Source: Chrysochromulina tobinii | Lineage: Eukaryota | NCBI GenBank assembly: GCA_001275005.1 | Contig: JWZX01002840.1 | Span: 1 to 39,067 of the forward strand | Length of the DNA: 39,067 nt | Direction: 5' to 3' | Shown: positions 21,125 through 30,077 of the stretch, one piece after another | How the letters are laid out: each line of letters opens with the position of its first letter | Numbering within the stretch: the stretch's first letter is position 1 | Program-made: the position numbers and the translations under genes | The notes under the pieces: generated by a model | What the model was told of the DNA's origin: nothing | What the model saw: only the letters and a program-made list of their open reading frames with translations | The model's database searches: none

Positions 21125-22727
21125 GTGAGCCAATCCTCGGCCGCATAGGCCGCGGCGACGAGGCTCTTCGTAGGGAGCAGCGTGGGACCGCCGGCCGCGC
21201 CTATCCCGCCGCCCGGAGCGGTGCCGATGCCGCCATTGGTGCCCGTGTTGAGAGAGGGCTGGGCGACGCGTGCCGCCTCTGCTCGGTCTGCGATCCGGTT
21301 GGCTGCCATCGTGAAGCCACGCGCGCGCTCCATCTCCTCATAGGCCTCCCACACGACCACGTTGGTCTCGTCGAGCAGTATCGCCCCTTCGAAAAGCTCG
21401 CGGGCGGCGACCATGTTGTTCTGGCGTGCCTCGAGGCCAGCCCATACGACCCTCACGTCCACTGCAAACCGGTCACGGCGCACGGCCTCGCGCAGGTAGA
21501 CGCGCGCCTGTCCCACCCTGCCAGCTCGCTCTTCGAGAAGTGCCCAAGCAGTCCAAATCGAGCACGAGCCACGCTCATCGCGCCCGCGACTCGCCCAGAC
21601 GCCGCGCTGGTACACGTCGCGCGCGCCGCTCACGTTGGCCACCTCGAGCTCCACTTGGCCCCACGCATGATAGAGGGGCGTGTGGGTGGGTTCGAGGGCG
21701 ACGCCGCTCTCAAAGGCCTCACGCGCCTCGTCGAGCTGACCCTGCGCAGCGAGCTGAAGGGCGCGCGCCTGCCACGTGGCACCGTCCGGGCGCGAGCGCC
21801 GCCGGCGCGCGCGTGCAAAGATGGCCTCGGCGCCCGTTAGGTTGCCCGTGCGCGCCTCCATACAACCCCACGACTGCAAGATGTACCGGTTGTGTGGGGA
21901 GGCCTCTAGACCCTTTTGGAAGAGGATGGCGGCGAGGGAGTGGTGGGCGCAGCGCCACTCAAGCACGCCCCACGCATGGTACGTGGCCGCATTCCTCGAG
22001 TTCAGCTGTAGGGAACGTCGGTATGCTTCGCGTGCCGAGCCGAGCTCGCCACGACGCTTGTGCCACTCACCGATCACTTGCCATACAAAGTACGACGCCG
22101 GCGCGACGCGACCGGCGAGGCGCAGGCACTGGGCGGCCGCATCATACTGGCGCTGCCGCTCGAGTCAGCAGCCCACACCGCCACCCAGGCGGGCGCATGC
22201 CGCGGGTTGGCGCGCACTGCCGCCGAGTACGCTTCGAGAGCCTCGTCGGTGGAGCCCGCGCGCTCGTGCACCGCACCCGTCGCCTGCAGCAAGTAGGCGC
22301 TCTCGGGCTCCCACCGGAGGCCTTCGCTCAGGAGCTCGAGCGCCTCGTCGAATGCACCAGCGCGCTCACGCAGCCGCGCCCGCGCAATCCACGCGCGCCC
22401 ATCGTTGGGGTCGAGCTTCGTGCACCACTCGAGCGTCTCGCTCGCGCCGTGCACGTCGCCCTTCTGCTCGAGACGGCGCGCACGGTAGTTGAGCAGGTCG
22501 AGGTTGACCTTGAGCGGGCGGGGCTCGTTCCCGCTCAACTTCAGGAACGGCCGCTCGTCCTCCTCAATCAGCGCGTCACGCACGCGGAAGGCGAGCGAGT
22601 CGCTGGCGTCAGCGGGCAAGGGCACGAGGGCCAGAGGAGTGGCCCGCCGAGCGCCCATTCGAAGCAGAGGGCCGATGCAGTGCGGGGGCGACAGCTGCAG
22701 CGCCAGCGAAAGCAAGAGATGCTGCAT
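20362..22727 (-). CDS. HAT/TPR repeat protein (HCF107/Mbb1-like, probably plastid) with polyQ tail; frameshifted at ~22165-22180
   Basis: Tandem HAT repeats (NAATYHAWGVLE, YILQSWGCME, PLYHAWGQVE, IWTAWALLE) span ORFs 22074..22727 and 20362..22077. The frames join if two single bases are removed. N-terminal signal-like peptide. Confidence 0.82.
21013..21123. repeat. CAG/CTG trinucleotide tract (polyQ); second tract at ~20536-20613
   Basis: Long (CTG)n runs on the + strand, in frame as Gln in the HAT protein. Confidence 0.95.
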
Positions 22728-23006
22728 GCAGGGCAGGACTCAGGGACGGCGACGGAAGCGCTCGAGGCTCGTCCGGCGATCACTCACACCGCACCCGAAA
22801 AGCGTGTGTGAATGTGATCATGTGTCCATGTGATTTCAATGGGTGCGTTCGCATGAGAGGCGCAGTACAATACTGATGGTACTGTGTCAACCCTTTGAAC
22901 TTTCAATCATTCACACGCCTGATCACAGTGATCCGCGGGCGACAGAGGAGCACCACACCGTGATGAGTGCATGAGAGGGCATGGGCTCGGTGGATGATTG
23001 TAGTGG

Positions 23007-24560
23007 ATGTCGATAATCGACCTTTTCGCTCAGGGCCCGGCTGTGCGCTCGGACTCGAACGAGGACGACGATGAGAACGAGGGCGAGGCCGCACCGGTGC
23101 TCTCACCGCGAAGCATGAGCTTGGCTGCCGCTCCTGCTGTAGCTGTTAAGTCAGCGGTACCTCCGATAATCGAGGAGACGATCATGCCAAGAATAGTGAC
23201 GCAAAGTCCGGCCACGGAACCAGCAAGCGAGCCTGAGTTGGGTGGCATGGAGCCACTGCCACCGGCAAGCGAACCCGAGCCATCATGTAAGCCTGAACCG
23301 GCGCCACCCTCAGCGCAGCTGCTGTACGAATGCCGCAGCTGCGGTCGGGATGTCGAGCAGACGTGCAGTGCGAACGGCTGCTGCGCCGCGTGCCTCGCCG
23401 ACATTCACGATGCCGAGCAGCTCGGTCACACTGCGATCACCAAGGCTGAGGCAGCGGAGGCGGAGCGGATCGGGGGCGACCATGCGTTTGGGTACGGCGA
23501 GATCACGCCGCTCGGCATGCGGACGCTCGGAACGGCGCTCTCGCTCGCCGCGGAGGACGTCTTCGCTGACCTCGGCAGTGGCACTGGCCGGCTGGTCCTC
23601 CAAGCGGCATGTGAGTTTGGCGTCTGCCGCTCGATTGGTGTCGAGATTGTAGGCAGCCGGCATCGGCTGGCGTTGGCGGCCTTGGGGCGGGCGCCCGAGC
23701 TCGCTGGCCGAGTCGTCTTCGTCCGCGGCAACTGTGCGAGTGCGCGCCTGTGGGGGGCAGCCGACGACGACCCCGCTCCAGAGGAAGACGAGGGTGCGGC
23801 TCGTGCACAGGGTGGCTCTCGCAGGCCAAAGACGTCCAAGGGCCGCAAGGTGACGAAACGGCTCGCGGTGCAGATTCGCAAGAAGGCAGTGGCGATGGCG
23901 GCATCGGTGACGGCGACATCGGCGGCGGCGGCAGCGGCGCCGGCGGCAGCGGCGCCGCCAGCGACAGAGGAGGCGAACGTGCCGTTAGAGGCAGCTTCGG
24001 CTGCACTATTCGAAGGCGCGCTGGTCGGTGTCACGGCCATACTCCTCAATAGCCTGCTTTTCAGCCCCGTGCTCATGGGGCAGCTCGCAAGGCTCATCGA
24101 GCGCTGCCCGACCCTTCGCGTCGTCGCGAGTACCCAAGCTTTCTTGGAGGATCCTGACAAGGGCTATTGCTTGGCAGGCTACACGGAGATGCCGAGCGTA
24201 CATGTGGAGACGTCGTGGATGGCGCCGACGCACGTGGACAACCCTCTGCGGCTGCAGAGCCCTGGCTCTCCCGTGCGGATCTATGTGCGTGGGGCGGTTC
24301 ACGGGGAGGGCGCTCGGGAAGGCGCTCGGACGAGCAGTGCATGCGACGAGCCCGATACGGCGCTCGAGATGGCCACGCATCGGAGCGCCACCTTGGCGAG
24401 CATAGTAGATTTGGCCAAGAATTTGGGTAGCCTCGAGAGCGAGGCGGACCGTCTCGCCTCTGCACTCGACGAAGCGTTAGAACGCTTGATGCGCGCGAAG
24501 AAGCACGAAGGGCGTAGTAGCAGTGACGTGAGGGTAGATCCTACCCATCCGCTTGTATAG
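23007..24560 (+). CDS. DOT1-like SAM-dependent methyltransferase
   Basis: YGEITP, DVFADLGSGTGRLVLQAA, GVEIVGSRH and ILLNSLLF are the DOT1-type motifs. A low-complexity insertion lies within the domain. Confidence 0.82.
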   Translation: MSIIDLFAQGPAVRSDSNEDDDENEGEAAPVLSPRSMSLAAAPAVAVKSAVPPIIEETIMPRIVTQSPATEPASEPELGGMEPLPPASEPEPSCKPEPAPPSAQLLYECRSCGRDVEQTCSANGCCAACLADIHDAEQLGHTAITKAEAAEAERIGGDHAFGYGEITPLGMRTLGTALSLAAEDVFADLGSGTGRLVLQAACEFGVCRSIGVEIVGSRHRLALAALGRAPELAGRVVFVRGNCASARLWGAADDDPAPEEDEGAARAQGGSRRPKTSKGRKVTKRLAVQIRKKAVAMAASVTATSAAAAAAPAAAAPPATEEANVPLEAASAALFEGALVGVTAILLNSLLFSPVLMGQLARLIERCPTLRVVASTQAFLEDPDKGYCLAGYTEMPSVHVETSWMAPTHVDNPLRLQSPGSPVRIYVRGAVHGEGAREGARTSSACDEPDTALEMATHRSATLASIVDLAKNLGSLESEADRLASALDEALERLMRAKKHEGRSSSDVRVDPTHPLV

Positions 24561-24907
24561 AGTACGGTAGAACGTTGAAGTGGCCCTTGTTCGGTGCTCG
24601 GCCGCACAGCGGCCTCAGGCCCGGACCGTGCGGTGGTACCTAGAACTACGAGCGCGCGTCGACCCGTCCGATCGGGCGGCTAGAATGTAGAAACGTGACG
24701 TCGATTCCGACGCGTAGTTCGGTCGACATTTACCGCGTCTAGCGTAACAGTACGAGGGTGTGTGCAGTGGCCGTCGTCGCGGTCATGATTCAACGACCCG
24801 ACCCGCTAACGACCCGCCGGGTGGCCGGGTGGTGGTCTTGGGCGGAGAAGAGCGGAGCAAAGCGACCGGTACGGCGGTCGGCTGAGGGTGAGGGCTGAGG
24901 CGCGCGG

Positions 24908-25609
24908 TCAAAGGGGAGCCGCGTTCAGCGGAGACAACACAGGCGGATGATCTAAGTTCTGCACAGGCACGCCGACGACTGGAGCCCCTTGCGGCAGAGC
25001 GACCGCCTCCACGGTGACAGGTTGACCTATTCTCGCCGAACTTCGTCCAGGTACGGTCGCCAAGCCGCTGGCCACTTGCATGCCGCTAGATGGCACAACA
25101 AAGATAGGCTGGCCCACTGGGATCTCTGTCGTAGCTGGGGACACATTGGCCGAGCGCCTGCGAGGGTCGGCGTTGTCTGCATCGCGCGCGGTGCCAGCGC
25201 TATTCGAGCCGAATGCGATGCGGACCCGCGCGATCGCCGTAACAGCGAAGAAAGTGCACAGAGCATAGAGGAGGCCAGCCACGCTGCGTGGACTGGTCTC
25301 TGGGTTCTCGCAGCACCACTCATTCACGGTGGTAGCGCGCCAGAGGGCGATGCCGATATGCGCGGCGCTGAAGGGCAAGGCACACGCATTACATGTGCGA
25401 AGCAGCGTATAAGCAGCCGGGGGCTGTGCCAGCCGTCCAACGACGGTGTTACAGCCGATCAATCCCAAGATAGCAGCAGGAAGTCCAATGTAGCCGCCAT
25501 CCTCAATAGTGAACAGCGCGAGCAGCGCGTAGAAGCCATCGAGTATGAGCTGCACGATGATCTTGCAGCGCACTTGTCGCACTATGTACGGATCGTTCGG
25601 GTCGCACAT
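24908..25609 (-). CDS. Hypothetical 4-TM membrane protein with Pro/Val-rich tail
   Basis: Four hydrophobic segments, then a PVGQP/PVVGVPV tail. First ATG at 25609; an upstream exon cannot be excluded. Confidence 0.6.
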   Translation of the reverse strand: MCDPNDPYIVRQVRCKIIVQLILDGFYALLALFTIEDGGYIGLPAAILGLIGCNTVVGRLAQPPAAYTLLRTCNACALPFSAAHIGIALWRATTVNEWCCENPETSPRSVAGLLYALCTFFAVTAIARVRIAFGSNSAGTARDADNADPRRRSANVSPATTEIPVGQPIFVVPSSGMQVASGLATVPGRSSARIGQPVTVEAVALPQGAPVVGVPVQNLDHPPVLSPLNAAPL

Positions 25610-25805
25610 GTGCTGTACCACGCACGCCGGTTGCCTCGCCAGGGGACGGTTAGGACTCGTGATAGTTTCAAACTACAGTTTCGTCATTTGGGCAGAATTC
25701 ACTCAGCAAACGTTCACCAAGTATCCCGTATGCAAAGTGAATTCTGGCTTTTCAACATCCACTACATGTACGCGTCGGTCAACTCGTCCTGTCACGAAAG
25801 TCACG

Positions 25806-28800
25806 TCACCTGATGGCCTCGGCAATGATAGCCACGCGGTGCCCGGCGACATCCTGCGTGCGGTGAAAGACGCCTGGAAACCAGAGCAGCACGTCGCCAG
25901 GCTCGGCCGGCACGACACATCCTACAGCCTGCAGCGCTCGCTGGTCGCGTTTGCGGCTTTCGGCCTCGTACCCACTGCTGCGCACCCAACCGCTCGTGCC
26001 ATTGGAGTCGGTATGATACTCGACCCTGTCCTCGGGCGGCGGCAGCGGCGCCACATTTGTATTCACGTTGAGATGGTCGACGAGGTCGCAGAGCCGCTGC
26101 ACCTCGTCCAGCGGGGCGACCACCACATTCTGGTGCTCACGCGCATCCGGGCGCGCCTCCTTTCGCAGTGGGAGCCACAGCTTGAAGCCGCGCATGCCGC
26201 CATCCACGTGCCAGTCGCAGCCGCAGGGCACGCCGTCCTCCTCGCCAGTCGGGCAGTCGTGCTCCGCTGGATCGAGAACAACGTGCTCGATTTCGCGCAC
26301 CTGCAATGGCCGACGCTCTGTGAGATACGGCAACGGCGGCGTGAGGCCGCGCTGATCCAGCTCGGTCAGCAACCCATCGAGGGCATCGAGCAGATGCGGG
26401 TTGACTGAGTGGATCAACTGCGCGTCGTTCATGTTGCCACCGCGGTACGCCGACCGTCCGTGGAAGCGCTTCACATCGAGCATGATGCCTGACGCATTGC
26501 GTAGCAGCTCGTTCAGGTATTGCAAGCTCACCTCTCGCACCGTCGCCGAGATTGCGCCGCGCACAAGCAGCAGGCCGGTGGCCCTCACCTGCCCGGAGTC
26601 CGTAAAGTCGCACCGTTTGGTCCGCCGCACCGCAGCGAACGCGCTGGCGAGCGCGCTCTCGGGTAGGGCTCGCATCCGCGCGAAGCAATGACTTTTCCCC
26701 ACAGTGCCCTTGGCATGGGCCCACCTAGTCGCCACATCGTCCGCCGAGGCTGGCGAGGCGTCGTCGGCTGCTCCAGCAGCAACGGCAGCGGCGCCGCCGA
26801 CGTTGACCACGAAGGTCCGAGGAGCGATCGGCAGTTCCTCGTCCGGTGCACATGCTTCAAAGGCGAGCCCAATTTTCTGGGCTACCCGAGCGAGGGCCGT
26901 GGCGGACGAGTGAAGCTGGCCGAAGAGGAGGGCGCCGACCACCTCCTCCACGCTCTGTCGCCCCTGCTCGCGCCCCTCCTTGTGCTCGCCTTCCTTGTGC
27001 TCGCCTTCCGTGTGCTCGCCGCGCGGCTTGCAGAGGACCGCGAGCTTGCGCAGCCCCACCGCGGCGGCAAAGCGAGTGTACAAGTCCTTGTCGTCGACTA
27101 TCTTTGTCAGAAGCAGCTGCGCCGTGCGGGTCACAGCTGATGCCGTGCGCGCCGTGAGATCGACCAGGTGCTCGGCCGCTTGTAATTTGATGACGTCCAC
27201 CCAGTCACTCAAGGCTGCCACCAGCGCCGCTGCCACCTCGACGTCGCCGCGCTCCGCGGTCAGTGACAGCGCCTTCATGCCGAGGTAGCGGTCCGTGATC
27301 TCGTCGCTGCGCATCAGCCCGAGAGCTTGGCTGCGCACTGTGAGGCTCGGTCGAGGAGCCACCAGTGGCAGGGTCAGCAGAGCTCGCCAGCGCATTCGAT
27401 GGTACATCCCCTCTGCATGCTCGGAATGCATCGAAGACTGACTGGCGACCGAGCTCGCGTATTGCATGCACAGCGAGGCAGCCTCGGCAGAGGGGGGTGC
27501 CACTGCAAGCCGCGCGAGCGTCGCCTCGGCCGCGAGAACGGCCTCCTCACCCGCACTCGTCTCCGTGTGCTCGCGCGCCTCATGTCTCGCGCCCGTGTAG
27601 GCGTCCTGCGCGGCTGCCCAGTCGCCTTCGCAAACATCCGCCGAAGCAGTCTCAGCACGACGCTCCGCACGACGCTCTCCATGTGTCCCCATGGCCGCGA
27701 GGGCTTTCCGTGCGGCGCAGCGGACGATTGGCTCTGCATCGGCGGCAGCCACTGCGGCGGCCGCCGCCGCACTCTTCGGTGCCGCCTCACCCAACTGAGC
27801 GAGAACGAGCAGCGCCGCGGCCCGAACGTCTGGCGTGGCGTGCGTGGTGGCGAGTGACTCGAACGCCGCGTACGCCCTCAGCGCGGCGGCGGCGTCCGCT
27901 GCCGTGCCGTCTCGATGCGCAGCTAGCCGCCTTGCTGCCTCGAGGACGAGGAGGCGCACGAGCTCGGGCGTGCTGCCACGGAGCTCCGTCTGCGGCGCCG
28001 CGAGCGTGGCTGCAAGCCTATCAAGCACGGGTTTGGGGTGAGCCATTCCGCCGTACAGCCGGCCAAGAACCTCGGCCGCGAGCAGCCCCACTCCAGGGAA
28101 GCCCATGTCGTCTTGCATGCTCCGTAGCACGTCGTCGAGCAGCGGCAGCTCCGCGCCGCGTGCGAAGCGGCCGAGGCCGTGCAGCGCCATCCACCGCGTA
28201 CCTGGCTGCCAGTGCTCGAGGCGCCCGCGCATCTCGTCAGCAGCTCGCGTCGTACTGAGCGTGCTCCCCGGTTTGGCGTGCTCGTCCCACGATGGCGCGC
28301 CCCAAGGCCCCCAGTGGCGCCGGTGCGCGTGGCCATTGACCAGCTGGGCCATCACCTCGACGCCCACCCAGCGGATCGCGATGTCGTGGCTCTCCGTGTG
28401 GTTGGCCGCAACAGCCAAGCATGCCGCACCTTCGAGCAAGTGAGTGCTTGCGAGCTGTGCACACAGCGCGATCATGAGCTCTGCGGCGGCCAGCCGGATG
28501 CCAAAGAAGCGGTGCGCCATATGCTGTGCGGGCGCACCAACGTACCCGGCCAGCTCCGTTGCGGGCCACTGCGCGCTGTTGGTTGAATGGCCGCGGGCCG
28601 CAAGCATGCGTCCGAGGCACATGGCATGTAAGCAGAAGCGCCGCCCGGGCTCAATCAGCGCCGGTAGCACCTCGGGGTCCCAGGCCACACAATGATCGTT
28701 GTCGTCCTCTGTGTGGCCTGGGACCCCGATGTCAGACTTCCGGCAGCCATGGTAAGCGTCGAACGTTGCGGAGAGCGCCGATCCTTGTACGGGTGCGTCG

Positions 28801-29033
28801 GATGCCAACCTGGGAGCCGCAGATGGTTGCTGGTGTCGGGAGCGCTCCCTCCAAGAGAAGCCCGGCGCTCCCGGAAAGCACGCAAAGCCGGATGACTCAC
28901 AAGCGCCGCACTCATGCTCGGGGTTGCCATTCAGGACTTCGCATGGCTCGACGCAAAAAGGTTCGCAGATGACTTCGGTTTCGGCGCATGCGAGGAGGAC
29001 GCATGTGAGGAGCACCACGGCTCTGACCGGCAT
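25806..29033 (-). CDS. Secreted protein: Cys-rich N-module + HEAT/ARM-like repeats + C-terminal PhyH-like 2OG-Fe(II) dioxygenase domain
   Basis: Signal MPVRAVVLLTCVLLACA (ATG 29033); CEPFC..C..LNGN...ECGAC; HEAT-like DVRAAALLVLAQL and IVRCAARKAL; WHVDGG and EPGDVLLWFPGVFHRT (HxD...H triad). Confidence 0.75.
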   Translation of the reverse strand: MPVRAVVLLTCVLLACAETEVICEPFCVEPCEVLNGNPEHECGACESSGFACFPGAPGFSWRERSRHQQPSAAPRLASDAPVQGSALSATFDAYHGCRKSDIGVPGHTEDDNDHCVAWDPEVLPALIEPGRRFCLHAMCLGRMLAARGHSTNSAQWPATELAGYVGAPAQHMAHRFFGIRLAAAELMIALCAQLASTHLLEGAACLAVAANHTESHDIAIRWVGVEVMAQLVNGHAHRRHWGPWGAPSWDEHAKPGSTLSTTRAADEMRGRLEHWQPGTRWMALHGLGRFARGAELPLLDDVLRSMQDDMGFPGVGLLAAEVLGRLYGGMAHPKPVLDRLAATLAAPQTELRGSTPELVRLLVLEAARRLAAHRDGTAADAAAALRAYAAFESLATTHATPDVRAAALLVLAQLGEAAPKSAAAAAAVAAADAEPIVRCAARKALAAMGTHGERRAERRAETASADVCEGDWAAAQDAYTGARHEAREHTETSAGEEAVLAAEATLARLAVAPPSAEAASLCMQYASSVASQSSMHSEHAEGMYHRMRWRALLTLPLVAPRPSLTVRSQALGLMRSDEITDRYLGMKALSLTAERGDVEVAAALVAALSDWVDVIKLQAAEHLVDLTARTASAVTRTAQLLLTKIVDDKDLYTRFAAAVGLRKLAVLCKPRGEHTEGEHKEGEHKEGREQGRQSVEEVVGALLFGQLHSSATALARVAQKIGLAFEACAPDEELPIAPRTFVVNVGGAAAVAAGAADDASPASADDVATRWAHAKGTVGKSHCFARMRALPESALASAFAAVRRTKRCDFTDSGQVRATGLLLVRGAISATVREVSLQYLNELLRNASGIMLDVKRFHGRSAYRGGNMNDAQLIHSVNPHLLDALDGLLTELDQRGLTPPLPYLTERRPLQVREIEHVVLDPAEHDCPTGEEDGVPCGCDWHVDGGMRGFKLWLPLRKEARPDAREHQNVVVAPLDEVQRLCDLVDHLNVNTNVAPLPPPEDRVEYHTDSNGTSGWVRSSGYEAESRKRDQRALQAVGCVVPAEPGDVLLWFPGVFHRTQDVAGHRVAIIAEAIR

Positions 29034-29221
29034 CTTGTCGATTGATTGCTGCCTGCCCTCCGCGGGTTCCAGCAGATTCCAGTCGTCGCCGATGTGTTCA
29101 ACCCTGTGAAATCCAAATGAGGCCACATCCAAGGCCGCTTGTCTCCCGCTCTGAGGGGAAAAAGGCGCCCTGAATTGAGCGCTCGAGTCGACGCTCTTAC
29201 CGGTAGAAGTATCAGTCTACT

Positions 29222-29681
29222 ATGGCTACTTCTACGCAAAGAGGTCGCCCTCTGCTTCGCCTGCAGTGGCCGGCCGCATCAGCGCCGAGCGCCTGCCTGC
29301 GCGCCCCGCCGCCTGCCTCTCACGTTCCCTGCATCGCGCACCTCCGTTTTGCGCGCAGTCTTCCTGCAAAAGTGGCTCCGTGTCCACATGGAGCGTGACC
29401 CGATCGTGCTCTTCTCGTGCACTCTTGGCCTCTTTGGTAAGCACTTGCGCGCCGCACGCAGCCGTAGCCGGGCCCGCCTTAGCCGGCCTGTCTTGCTCCG
29501 CCAGCCGTGGAGCATGATTGTCCATCGCACTCGCTGCTGACCGCGCTCACTGCTTCTCCGTGCGTGCGTCTCTGAAGCCTTCACGGTGCCCTGGATCGTT
29601 GGTGACGGCGGTCGCAAGCGCGAGGAGATGGGGACGAATTACGCCTACCGGATCAAGAGTGTCTACCCCAAAGGCTCATAA
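29222..29681 (+). CDS. Small 67-aa single-TM protein resembling complex I accessory subunit NDUFA3/B9 (exons 29222-29243, 29359-29436, 29578-29681)
   Basis: Two GT-AG introns (29244-29358; 29437-29577 with GTAAG donor and CTGAC branch point) give MATSTQRVFLQKWLRVHMERDPIVLFSCTLGLFAFTVPWIVGDGGRKREEMGTNYAYRIKSVYPKGS. RDPIVLFS...G..A...P resembles the NDUFA3 KEPVLVVS..VGGLA...P pattern. Confidence 0.7.
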
Positions 29682-30077
29682 CTCCGACGCCACGCGCGTC
29701 CTCTATTGGCGCTGCCGCCTCCACGTATTCGTATAGGGAGTGGGAGCCACAGCAAGCCATCGGAGCCAGCGAGTCTGAAAATTAGCCCAGACTCCGCGGG
29801 GCAGAGGCGTCTGTTCTTCGTTCACCTAAAATTGCGCCCATGAGGCTCTTCTCGCGCTCACACGGTAGCATCTCGCCTGTGCAGCCGTCGGCGTGCCTCG
29901 TACTGCCCTACTGGCCGGCGTTAGGGTTACTCGGCGAAACTCGGCGTCCACACGACGCGCCACGCGCGGGCGCGCGCGTGCTCATCTTCGGCTCGACCTG
30001 TCTGTCTCTCTCTCTGCTCGCATCGGGCGTTGCTGGTGCTGCGCGGTGCGGTGCGCCTCGCGCACGTCGCAGCGCAG

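Noticed and set aside
20156..21148. Poly-Cys, poly-Leu and poly-Ala ORFs
   Set aside because: Alternative frames and strands of the CAG polyQ tracts.
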